A program made the position numbers and the translations under genes. A stretch of 60,976 bases of DNA, counting the filler, from Dirinaria sp. TL-2023a (lineage: Eukaryota), in the NCBI GenBank assembly GCA_051941275.1. It is 7 parts of 7 records of this genome, joined end to end, with 100 filler letters (N's around TTAATTAATTAA, not from the genome) between each part and the next. Parts side by side here need not be neighbours in the genome. Positions count along the whole stretch, not along the records: positions 26,211 to 34,837 come from JAVEBF010001159.1; positions 34,938 to 43,555 come from JAVEBF010001160.1; 5 more parts are not named here. One strand, written 5' to 3'. The notes under the pieces were generated by a model. The model was not told the DNA's origin, ran no database searches, and worked only from the letters and a program-made list of their open reading frames with translations. Positions 26,303-38,570 of the stretch are shown here, piece after piece. Numbering within the stretch: position 1 is the stretch's first letter; each line of letters starts with the position of its first letter.

Positions 26303-27964
26303 CTAATTCCTAGCAGCCAACAGAACCTGTTTCTCTTTCTTTAGCTGGTTGACTGCCGACAGTGGGATCTTCAAGGTCGCAGCAACAATATCAGGCGGAG
26401 TCAATGCCAACCATTGGGTCAAACTGATGTCAGCCACCCGTTCGCTCTTGTACAGCTCGATCCAGATTAGCTGCTCTGTGTCTGACGTGTTCTCGATGTA
26501 ATGGCCTGCAAAGTCAGTATGGTTGTACTTGTACGGAGAGTGATGAGATGGTACATACCGCTGTTGTCTGGGAAAACCGCTGTATCGCCGGCGCGGAATT
26601 CAAAGGACCGAGCAAGCGCTCCACCTAAGAACACAGTCGCCTGGGCTTGGCCTTGATGGAAATAGAGCCATTCCTCGGCCTACAGCACAATGATTAGCTC
26701 AGACTTCTCACGATTCCATGCTTGTTACTACTTACATTGGGATGCCAGTGAAGTTCACGTAAACCACGCGGCTCGAGTGTCACGACTGCCGCCGCGATGG
26801 TCGTTGCGATGGGAAAATTGCGAGAATCAACAATCGCGAGGGTACCACCACCACCTGGCGCCGGAGGCACTTGGATCCGGGATAGGTGGTAGACGTACGA
26901 GCTGTTGCCCTCGAGCTTCCCATACGGGCTGGTGACATTGCCATTGGTGGCATTGGACTTCAAAATGTACGGATTGGGTGTTGGGACAGTGTCAAACAGC
27001 GACTGGTTAACGCCAAAGTTTTTGGCCAGGATGTCCTTTGGAGTATGAGTGATCCAATCATCGACGTTGAATGTGGTACTAATCAAATTATTAGCCTTCT
27101 GCCACAAGACTCACAATTCCGCATTACCCTGTTGCATCAAAGTCGCCTAGGCGTATATATTAGTATTGGTGTATATCGTATCAGACAGCATGAATTTACC
27201 GTCGTCAAATGCAAGGAGATACTCGTTCTCATCATTCAGCCCTTATGAAGTGAGCGGTATGAATCACATTGTGCGCATTTTCAAAGCCCACCCTGTATAG
27301 TATGTGCCTGGCCTTTCGGAAAGTACCAAATATCACCCACGTCGAGATCATCGACCTGGTTTTCCCCATGTTCGTCAACAGCCGCGACGCGTACTTTACC
27401 AGCGTAGACATATCCCCACTCTGCCTAAAATCCCATTAGTAACACGCATACACAGTCCGAGGACGCTTCTTACAACACGGTGCCAGTGAAGTTCCCGGAT
27501 CGATCCTTTGGTAAGGTGTTGTTGTGCAGCAGCGATGTCTTTACTGGCCGGCAAATCTGTGATCACTTGCTCTCGTACCCATCCGCCCGAAAGAAGCCTT
27601 GTTTTGGAGTCGGAGAAACGCCATTTAACATTTGGTACCACTCCATTGTCGGTATCTTGGGCGCCTAGATTGTCTGGGTTCTGGAGGTCTATCTGCTTGT
27701 CTGTCCCACCTGTAGGCTGATGAGCTTTGAACGACGAAGTTATTTGACAAAAGGCTGTGAGTTACCTAGGATGGGAGCTCCGTTGCCTTTCGCATTAATC
27801 GGCTGACCTTGATCGAACCTTTGGCGTTTTTCGAGTACTGGGCGCAAATGTTTGTTGACCTTCGGGGCAAGATTTCGGCGTGGAGCGACCTCTTTGTTGG
27901 TTGGACTGGCACCGGAAAAGCTCGAGATGCTCGCAAACAGCAACCAAAAAATCGAACGCTTCAT
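26303..27964 (-). CDS. Secreted bicupin of the oxalate decarboxylase/oxidase (OxdC) family
   Basis: Signal peptide MKRSIFWLLFASISSFSGA. Cupin 1: IRELHWHRV|AEW, GDIWYFPKGQAHTIQG. Cupin 2: IVDSRNFPIA, LRELHWHPN|AEEW, GHYIEN. Ends KKEKQVLLAARN*. Confidence 0.95.
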
Positions 27965-30397
27965 GCTGAACGAAAGTAATTCAAACGGGCTGGGGATGGG
28001 CAACAGACACAGCAAGGAAGCAACTACCGACAAAATAGAAAAACAAAACAAAGAAGACAACGGGAGACGATGGATACTTGTGCGGCAGGTGTCTGATGGC
28101 ACAATGGCTGACGGGGTGCCTCTGTAGCATCCTGATCAACGCCTAAGGCAGCCACCCCTGTAGAGATCCAGATCTCGAGCTCGAAATTACCTTCATAACC
28201 CCATCACAGCGAGCACGAGTGACTTGAGAGCCTACAGCTTGTGAGCAGCAGGGTCCCTCGCTACCGAGTTTCATGAGCGCCATCTCAGAAATTTTCATCA
28301 GAACGGGTGGATTTGTGGCGTTTGGTGGCGAATTATCATTACTCCTTCTCCTTGACATCTCCATGGGACTGGCCTAGACCTAGTGATGTGCGATGCATCA
28401 AATGGCATCAAATCAGCCATTATGTCGTGCTCCCCTCTTCAGGCTGTTAACCTGCGCTTGGCGCCAATGACCCTCATATAACCAGCAACGAAGCCGAGCT
28501 TGAGTGTGCTTGGCGACAAATGCCAACATTGACGGAATTTGCGTAATCCCTAAGTCCAGTTGCAGCGGGATCATGATTGAAGGTTGCTCAAGGCCCTGAG
28601 CAGCAGAAGTGTTTGGTGAAATGCAGTGAGAATTGCTCTAACTGTGATACACTAATGTGGGACTAGCTTAGTCGATATCAAAAGTGCTGCTACAACTCGG
28701 CTTGGCAGTTCTTTCCCCCACACATCAGCACATCAATTTCGCATTTTTAATGGACCTCGTACTCATTCATACTCGTACTCCGGATGTCAAAGTCATTGTA
28801 GATAGTGCTCTCCAGTTTGAGTTCATCGTCGGAGCAACTTCGGCCACTTTGATTATCATGAGACTGGGCACTTTGAACAAGACAATCTAGACTCCATTTA
28901 AGAACTTCGAAAGTCATGCAAAATTCGAAGGACTACAATAATTGCAGAATCATCTGAAACGAGCTGATTTGCATTGTGGGGGTTGATGAGGGAAGATCGG
29001 CGAGCCAAGCTGTAGCAAAACTTTTGAAATCGCCTAGTCAACGGCGGAGCTAGCGGACAATTGTTCGTCCCGTTCCGCCTGCTCGATAGTGACTGCAGAG
29101 CCCACGTCGAGGTATCAGTACGGTAAGTAATGTACGAACGAGTACCATCACAGCTTCTGTCATCTCATCCCCGGCGTTAGTCGGATCTCAGGTGTTGCAG
29201 AAATGAGCTTTTGCTGAAGTCGCAAGAATCATTGCTTGGCGTCTGATTCACCTTTATTTTGCTGTGGGTGTCCCTATCTGATGGTCTGTTAAGTTGCATA
29301 ACTTGTTGTAAGTATAATGGCATTGATAAACATCTCCATGGTGGACCTAGTTACCTGCGAGTCACCCTGCCTAAGTCGGGTCAGTCCTGGCTGCCTTGCA
29401 GCGACGAGAGTGCCGCTAATCTTGATGTGTACCTCCTCGGACTGAAGCCGTCTAGTGGTACCCAAAACGACCTGGTCATTCTCCTGCTGTTCTGAATCTT
29501 TGGTTGTGTTCGTCATCCCATCCCCTTTTTTCGTGCTTGAACAGACTGATGCTTTTCCTCTTTCGATTTGAGGCGCCGCAAACGGATAGCTTCATGCGGT
29601 CGATCCATGTATCAAGGCTGGACCTGCATGCTGAGATTCCTTCCAAGAGGGTACAGCTCTCGCTTCCTATAAAATTTTGAACATGTTTTTCAATAGAGTT
29701 GTACAGGAGTGTGTGTGGAGCGCGACTGGTAAGCGCAGAAGGTCCTCCGTGTGGACCTCAGAGGTCAGTATGAGATTTTTTTTTTCCCCTGGAAACGTAC
29801 AGTGATTGGGCTGGTCATTTGACCCATCCTCCTCCACCACAAAACTAAAGGCATCTTTCCGTAATGGGCCCAATCTCCCTGGCCCTTCATGGGTCCACAT
29901 GCAGAACAGATGATGGCCAAAAGGGCGGCCTGCCGGATCTTAGGTTTTGATACGTTGTGGAGATCTGCATACGGTAGGGGTGGTAGGACTGTGAGAGGGC
30001 GAATTCAATGCAGAATATCAGTCAACGGCTGATTCGTTGCCGTACTCATGACCAGAAACTTCTAGCCTCTGCCTGCAAGGTGTGCAGCATGGGGGCAACC
30101 TCTTTTCCCTCTCGATCAGAACTCGCTGCTTGCTAGTCAATCTCATCGTAATGCATACGAGATTCGTGCGGAGTGCTGCATGCTTCGTTCTCTTAGTCCA
30201 TTGCCAGGCTATCACACTCCATTGCAGCGTCTCGGGTGGGATTGGACTCATATCCAAGAGCTCCTTGAGATTGTACTTCAAGATTTGTTCTTGTTGTAGG
30301 AGCCCGGTGCATCGGAGACGATCGTGGACGAGTTTCGTGCTGTGTTTCGATCTACATGGTAGGTAGATGTTGGTGGCCATCGATGTCGCCATACGGA

Positions 30398-30550
30398 CCA
30401 TTTCATGTTCTGGTACACGTTAGCGTATTTCTTCACGCCCGCAGTCATCAGGGGCTTGAAATTTGTGAGAGATCTGGACCATTTCGTATTTTGGTAGAAA
30501 ATAGCGTACTTCTTCCAGCAGGCAATCATCAGCGGCTTGAAATTTGTGAG
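30398..30550. repeat. Imperfect 81-bp tandem duplication in an intergenic or degraded coding relic
   Basis: GGACCATTTC..TGGTA..TAGCGTA.TTCTTC..TCATCAG.GGCTTGAAATTTGTGAG occurs twice, 81 bp apart. Confidence 0.8.
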
Positions 30551-30768
30551 CCGTGCTGTCGATCAACAAGTGGTTATTTATACTTGGCAGGGAGATCGAA
30601 AATCTTGAATTTACTAGCAGGACAGAAGAAACAGGTGGGGGCTGTCAGTCTATAAATGTACCGGTATTACCTCAAACCTGCTCATGCTAAGTCTGCTCGC
30701 TGATCTCGCGCCGTTCCAGAAGACTCATAACTTGCTCAAAATCCCTCTATTCATCCGAGCATCGGGTC

Positions 30769-32659
30769 ATGGCTTCGCGTCTCTATCTGTCATCGCTAGT
30801 CCTTGGCTACCTTCTGGCTGGTGCTTCGGCGAACCCGGTGCCAGATGCGGAACCAGACCCCAACCCCCAGCTATCCCTCCCACCGCTGATTCCATCTGTC
30901 CCCGGGTTTGCAGATCCACTCAGCAGCCTGGCTCCTCCCCTCCCTGTGCTACAAGTACCGACTCCTCCCTTGGACAGTCCTCCCTTTACGGGGAGCAACA
31001 TTAAGCCCAAGAAGATCGGCTATTTTTGGACCGGAGCTGGAGACAACCAGCATGCAGGTAAATACGCTATCTAATTGCCAGGAATTGTGACTGACTCGTT
31101 TTGTTCCAGACTTCTTGGCTGCTTATAGCCTTGACGATGTACGTCCTACCATGGACTATGACATGACAGATAGTTGCTTACCGTCCCTTGTGCAGGATAC
31201 TTTCGGAACTTTTATCTGGTTGACCGACGTGCCAACTAGTGGGAACAGCCCTCACCATCTTGGGTCTACCCTGGACGGCAAAACCTTGGTCGGAGGTGGA
31301 CTGTTGTCGCTTCTGAAGACCCAGGCAAGACGAAATTAATCACCAATGGCCTGCATTAGCTAAGATTCTGCAGGATACCGCATACTACTTCGATGTGTCC
31401 AATCCCTATCGACCCAAATTTAAGAAGAGCAACCGCGCCTTGACAGCGGCAATCACTGATGAGATTCGTGCGAAGCCTGATGGGTCAGTCGCACCATACT
31501 AGTAGACATACATACACTAATAATTCTTTAAGGGGATTCTTGATCACTTACATGGGCTGTACGTTATATGACCCTCCTGATCTGCGCATTCGATTTTACT
31601 GAACACGACATTTAGCTGCTGGCGGTACTTCCCCTGGACGTCTCGTCGAGACAGATAGCGACTTTAATATCATCGCCCAGCATCCCCAGGATGTCGCTGG
31701 GAACGCCAACATCTTCAAAGATTTATTCAATCCGCACGGGCTGTCAGTTGACTTTGAAAAGAACATCATCCTTACCTCTGACTTCATTGTACCACTTTCG
31801 ATTCTAAAGCCTAGTCTTGGCAAGATCTCGGACAATACTCTGCGCCTGTGGAATCTTGCAAGTAGGACAATCATCAGTACAATTACCATCCCTAATGTAC
31901 GTGAAGCATTGTTCCTTGCCCTTTTACCCAGTACAGTCATGTTCTCTGGGACTGACATTACAAAACATCAAGGGCGGCGGAATTCAAGACGTCAAATTCA
32001 TTCCGGGCAACAAAGAGTCTGCTGCTCTCGCCACCGCTGTGCACCTGGGACAAATCTGGATCATCTATCCATTCAGAACAGATGTTAACGGCAATCAGGG
32101 CGTTGCCGAGCTCTTCTATGACCTTGGTGACAAAGCGCGCGATAAGACCGCGATCTAGTATGTCAACTATCCTGATCGTCAATGTAGTAAGCTCTCTTAA
32201 CGTATACCTTCCATAGCACCGACTTCACCCAAGACGGCAAGTTCTATTACGGTAAGCAATCAATATCAGCCCCATTTTAGCGTTCACACACTAACCCATA
32301 AAGCGACCATCACAACTGCAAACCACATCGCCGCGCTCGACATCTCCGACCTTGACAACCCAAAGCGCCTGGACAACCCGGACGACAACCAGCCGACCAT
32401 AGGACCGCACTACATCAAAGTAACCCCTGACCAGAAGCACATCGTCGTTACCGACTACTTTCTGCAAACTGGTGACATCGGCCTTATCAATACACCCGCT
32501 GATTACAAGGCTCTGTATATCGACATCAATCCCGATGGGTCGTTGCACTTCAACAGAAGCATTGACTTCACTACACCCTACACGAACCGAGGCGGAGGAA
32601 AGCCCCACTCGTCCGTTGTCTTTGATCTGACTGATCCAAACCACCCTTATTACTACTAG
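30769..32659 (+). CDS. Secreted beta-propeller, selenium-binding protein SBP56/methanethiol oxidase-like; nine exons
   Basis: Signal peptide and Pro-rich stalk, then DFLAAYSLD, GNSPHH, GFLITYMG, NPHGLSVD, ILTSDF, LRLWNL, GPHYIKVTPD, VVTDYF and GGGKPHS. Eight short introns, one of them GC-AG. Confidence 0.8.
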
Positions 32660-34837
32660 GTAGTGGCAGAGGACGAGCAGCTGCACAGTCACCTCGACGT
32701 GAGATGGCCGAGATCCAGATTCATCGGTTGGCAAAGTTTCGTGGCCACACCGAGAACCACGGTATGATTCAACACATACTGCGAATGGATGGCCGTAGCT
32801 CTGATTCTGTATATACTATGATGTTTGTAGTCAATTTAATTCGGTTTCTCTTTGACCGACAACGTTCTCATGTTGGTTTAGTTCTTGTCGTGCAGTCAGC
32901 TTGAAAGGGTCTTCGTTGATCGTGTCTGGTATTAGTGGTTATCGCCCCATCTGCGCATCGCCAGTATCTCGCCATGTAAAATAACTCTCAGAGGCTGACC
33001 GAGGGTTTCTATCATAGGTATATGCCAGTACTCGCTTCGATGTTTTCAGCTTCATATCAAACCCTGCTGGTTAGGCTAAAAGCCAGGTGCTTAATATTGA
33101 GCCGACGCATGTAAAATCGAATCGCTGTAGGCCTGCGCATTTGGCGTGTGCATGTGTGTTGCGAAACCTTGGCATCCAAAATTCTTTCTCTTCCCTACAT
33201 GTCGCATTAGTCATTCAGGTACTTACTGTCGTCTATCAATGTCTTTCTTCTCAAGTGAATGCTTCAGAATTAAGATTGTAAAAATCATCCTTTTTCTAGC
33301 GTCTTTTAACACTTAACGATTTGTCGATTTGACAGTGGCACTTGCATGAAGAATCGTTTCATCGATACTTCGTGAAAACGTTATTGTGCTAAACTCTGAA
33401 TCCTGAGACAGCAATATCGAAGAGAATTTACTTGATAGATGAAAAGAATTGTTGTTGTCACTGAACGAGAGAGATGTGACGACAGTGATATTTGTCAAAA
33501 AAAAGTTGTCTTGTAGACTGCGAATGTAGGGAAGAATAGAATTTCGAGATGCCAAGGTTTCGCAACACACATGCACACGCCAACTGCTGATCGGCCTGGA
33601 AGATGCGGGCCCTGGATTTGCTTCATGCAGATTCATTAGTCTCTCTAGCGCCTTTTTACTTCGTAACTCTTTGCTACCGAAGGAGGGTTAATGACGCTGC
33701 TACTAATGTTGGCCAATGCAAAAAAAATAAATTTTGCAAAAAGAAAACAGCACACATCGATCTATGTTTATCATCGTCCACGCAAACTTCCACGAATCAT
33801 TGTATTTAACGAAGCACGAGTCTTCTCATCTTGGGAAGCTAGAATCGAAAGCGAATTCCAGAAGCACACAAATTTTTAGAACATCGGTTGCAATTTGATT
33901 GAATAAAGTAGTCATATATATATACCTTTCGCCTTTTTACTTACTTACTTACAGATCACTGACTGATGAAAGCAAAAATTGCCCGGATCCCAGCATCTAT
34001 TTCCCCCCCTCAATACTATATTCTCAAGTCCGGATTTTTCCCTATTCCGTGGCTATTCATTTTCAGGGGTTGAATATCGCACACATGATCATTTAACTTC
34101 TGTTAGGTCATATGAGCCCCCCCTTTTCTTTTTTGGGTGGTCGTATCAGAGACCAAAAAAAAAAAGGATCGAAGATCATGAATTTTTTATCTCTCTTTTT
34201 TGTTTAAGAATTGAAGAAAGAAGAAGGAGAAATCAAGATATGCGAATAAACTCTGTTCTCGCTTGACCAGTACCTCATGATCCTTCAATTCGCTATCCCT
34301 ATCGAAAACATCGATATCTTTATGCTCCAAGCGTAACGTATGAAATATCATCCTTCGCATGATCGAGACCTAATCATTGAAGAAATGAGATGAAGTTCAT
34401 GTTACGAGTTCTGATCTCAAATTCGGTAAGACAAGATCTTACGTTCTCTGTTCTTACCCATCTTTAAATACTTTATACACCTTCCAATCCTCCATTCCCA
34501 ATCATAAACCAAGTCGAGTCGAGTAAAGACGTCAATCACAAATCGACGATATCAACCCGCAACAACATCTTCTCATATCCTTCCTTCCTTGCTTCGTCAT
34601 GAATAAAGATTTTCTTATCTTGAGTTATTTGTATATATATTTAATTTGCTCTATATCAAAGTTCTGATACACGGTAGATACATACACGCATTGTATATAT
34701 TTTGCCTGTAGTCGTGAAACCCAGTCTACTAATATATCGTTATCCCAGAAGAGAAAGTTTCGATACATGTCCTAATAGGATCGATGGACGTAAGAGATAA
34801 GTTCTTCAGCAACATATCACACCATAAAAGAAAATGA

Positions 34838-34937
34838 NNNNNNNNNNNNNNNNNNNNNNNNNNNNNNNNNNNNNNNNNNNNTTAATTAATTAANNNNNNN
34901 NNNNNNNNNNNNNNNNNNNNNNNNNNNNNNNNNNNNN
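34838..34937. other. Artificial contig linker
   Basis: N44-TTAATTAATTAA-N44. Confidence 0.99.
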
Positions 34938-37691
34938 GGGCATTGGAGGGAGACCGGGCTTGAGGCGCTGGATGAGTGCTTTGTGAACTCGTTCGTGTGC
35001 TGCAAGGAGGCTGGATCCGCGGACTAGGCAGATTATTGGTGGTGGGTTTGGTTGCGAGCGTAGCTGATGCAGGATATGGGCACCGAGAGCGCCGGTTGTT
35101 CCTGTGAGGATCTCCTTGTGGTTAGGCTTTTTTGTATGTGAGCAATATGGGGAAGTGGAGGCATACCACGAGATCGCGGTCTTGTTGAGGGCGATTGTGT
35201 GACTGAAGTGTCCGGCTTGCTGCAGTAGCATGATCACTGATCGAAGGAGCTGCTGTCTGATCGATGGCGATATACTTCTGCACGAGATCATGCATAAGCT
35301 GGATCTCGTCCTCTTGCTGAGTAATTCGTCCATGCCGGATGTTTCTGATGTACTTTGAGAGGCTGTCTAGAATTAAAAGATAGTTTCAAGTTCAATCTAT
35401 TAGAAGGACCTACCTTCGGATTGAGCCGCAGTCGTACACTACGTTGAGCGGCAGCGCCGGCGCTGTTCTTGGGAGCAGTGTCTAGCCTCAAGTGAGTACT
35501 TTGAGCTTTCTTCATTAAAAGATCGTGGAATCACGCTGTGTAGCATTGCCCTAATTTGCATGCATGCCACTGAGTCGATACCATAGGAGAATAGGTCCGC
35601 GTCTTCGGGGATAGTATGCTTCTTGCCAGTCGCGGAACTAATGAGGTTCATCACAGCGACTGGAAGGTCTTCGTCTTGCACCTCTTGTATTTCCGCTCCA
35701 TCTGTCACATCGCAGTTCGGGACTGGTGTCACTTGGTATACTTTTTGAATCTCCTTTTCATATTTCTCTTCAGCTTGTCTTCGCAAAACAGTACCTTTGC
35801 TACTCTTCTCCAGTCTACCTGCGTCCGCTGGCATAACGACCAGCATCGGCTTTGAGATTTTAGTGTGGCTTTGACCTTCGTAGTTCAGTTCCTCTATTAA
35901 CGGCCAAATCTTCTCTACCAGCTCGTGATCAGTCATACTTGCAGACTGTGCGTTACGGAAAAGGAGAGCCCCTGGAGATTGCTGGCCATTACCAAAGATG
36001 AGAACGTCAGCTAAAAGGGCAGAAGTAGCTATCATATCCTCGAGTGGCGCTGGATCGAATTTCTTCCCAGTAATGAGTGTCAATTGCGAATCAGCTCGTG
36101 AATGATATTTCCACGCATTCGGTAACTTTTTGTGCGGTTCAAATAAATCCGCTGTTGCGTAAGAGCCATCTTCTCGATTTCTCTTCGCCATATGTGGCCA
36201 TTGTGCTTGTACGACTAGCTCTGCCAGTCCATCGCCTTGTGTCTCGAAGTGAAGCAATGGCGAGCCATGACTTCTCAGATACTGCCAACCTTTGTCCTTG
36301 TCATAGTCTCGGTGTGATGACATGAGAAAGCCGCACTCAGCGCTCCCAAACCTCGAGACAAGGTTTATACCTTTTGCGATGAGCTCGTCACCCAGGTTAG
36401 ATGGTAGTGCTGCCCCACCGACGCCCACAATATCCATGTCTTTAAGCATCTCCAACCCCTCAGAGTCAGCCGTGACCATCTGCAGAACATACGGCACAGA
36501 TGAGAAGTACTTCACAGCTGGACTCTTCAAGGTCTTGGACGATCTCCAAGCAGTTTGTAGACTCTTCTTGACATTGGCTGCTGTGATAGGTACGTCTTTG
36601 CCTGGGAAAAGCCAAACCGTCGCACCACTGGTCCAAGCACGCAAGCAGTCTGCAATGCCTCCGTGGTATAAAGGAGTAGTTGTGAAGGTTGCCTCGTCCC
36701 TGCCATCGAGACACGGCAAAACACCTACTGCAGCATGGTGGCTTTGAGGTATTGGCTTTGGAAGGCCAGAAGATGTTCCGGAGGTATGGAATAGAAACGC
36801 GATATCCGACTCGGCGACAGAAGCTAACTGAAATGATGCGTTATGTACATCAGTGTTCTGGTATTGTCCGGTATTGCCTTGGCTCCGCAGTATCGGCATG
36901 TACTGCATTTGAAGCCCCAATTGTTGGGTTTCTGCGACCAGTTCGTCGTATGTTTCATCATACAATAAGCTTTTAACGCTACATTCTCTACATAGATGAG
37001 CAATAGCACTCGGCTGGCATTGAGGCCTAGGTTTCCGATTAGCCCGATCACCGTCGAGGCTGCTTGGAGTGACCATCGACCTACGCAATTAGCAGGACTG
37101 AATTGCCAAGAAGCATCAAGGCGAGCCATGTGAAGACGAAATCTACCGAGCTGGGGCAGAGCAGCGCGACCTGTCTACGCTCACAGGAGAGTTCTTGTCT
37201 GTACTTATCCGCCAGAGATGCCGCGCCCTGGTAAAGGGTTTTGAAGGCTGTATGTATATTAGATCGTTCCTCCCAGAGCATGGCAGCGAAAGCTCGATCG
37301 CGGAAAATTTTGCCAACATGAGCGGAATCAAAGAGATGCTGCTTGTAGCGCGCTTTGTGTTGCAAAGTGCCAAATATAGCGTGTACAGAGGGCTCGAGTT
37401 GGCCGGGGAAACTTGATACGGGAGAATCTACTAGTACAAGCTGGTGTTCGTGGCCCAAGGGAATCTACACGTACAGAAAGTCTGATAGCCCCAAATTTCT
37501 GAAGTCTGAGAAGGCACTGGGATGCCAAGTGATATTTGATCAGGCAAACGTTGACATTGCTCCACCAGGAAATGATTGACCGTAGCAAAGGAGTGTTGGT
37601 TCCTGATCCGGAGCTTGGCTGCTTGACCGAGTGTGCAGGTAAAGTAACATGGATCATGATGGCTACCTTTCGATCCGGACTGTACATGCAT
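34938..37691 (-). CDS. NRPS-like enzyme (adenylation-thiolation-reductase, carboxylic acid reductase type), 3'-truncated by the contig edge
   Basis: A domain: FLFHTSGTSSGLPKP, RFGSAECG, YATADLF, SRADSQLTLITGKK. T domain: DLFSYGIDSV. R domain: ILTGTTGALGAHIL. N-terminal exon YFTCTLGQAA. Confidence 0.92.
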
Positions 37692-38570
37692 GATGAGAAC
37701 ACCAAGTCGCTGGAGATCTGTTGATAACGATGGAAATGAACGTGTCTTGGCTCAGTCTTTTTCTTTTCTTCACTGGGACCCTCGAGTCAAATACATCATG
37801 GCTCGTTTTGGACTTCCCTTTTCTTGTTATCGACGCTCTCTGGAGTAGGATTCTTAAATCTTTGTCGTAGAAAGTGAAACCAGTCTGAGGCTGTGGAAGA
37901 TATTGGTGCTACTCAAACGTGTATATATGCCACGTTCGAGATATATGTGTATAGATTCTCGAATGATATTGGCCTGAGATGACTCAATGATTTGGATTAT
38001 ACAACCAGCAGGGAAGTAGAGTTTAGGGATCATGGGTGAGCGACCACTAGGTCATTGCGTGGATTGAACCTTTGATCTACTAAGGGACGTATTAGCAATT
38101 CAATCCAGCACGAGACAGTAGTATGTAAATGGTACACGTAATCAGAACTCCTTTGATCTTCATCGTCATTAAACCTTAGAACCGGCTTAACAAGCGTCAA
38201 GAAAACCCTATTGAAACCCTAAGAAACAAACAATCCCCGTTATCTCCTCTCGTCCTGTCCCATCAAATCGACACGGGAATCGGAGTTTGATTTTGACGCT
38301 GATCTCGGGTATCTCGCCGCGACTCTCTGTTTAGATGGTGTGGGATCTGCACCAACGCAGTATGCGTCGGAAGAATCGTCCTCCGAATCCGCGTACGATA
38401 CTTACTTTCACTATTAATGTCGCTAAAAATATTCGACATGTTGCCGTCATCGCGGTTTTTGGCCCTTGGTCGCAATGTCTTGGCGGCCTACTCTCTGTTG
38501 ACGCTTTCTTTGACGAACTCTTTTAAGCTGGCCTTTGCTTCTCTGCGCTGCTTTTTCAAGATTTTGGACA

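Noticed and set aside
29043..29079. GC-rich imperfect hairpin GGCGGAGC..GGAC..GTCC..GTTCCGCC as an ncRNA
   Set aside because: Isolated short stem with no promoter, terminator or family features; plausible by chance.
34120..34166. T-tract/TGGTC..GACCA/A-tract hairpin as a 5S fragment or transposon end
   Set aside because: Pairing comes mostly from homopolymers; there are no 5S internal boxes and no partner terminal repeat.
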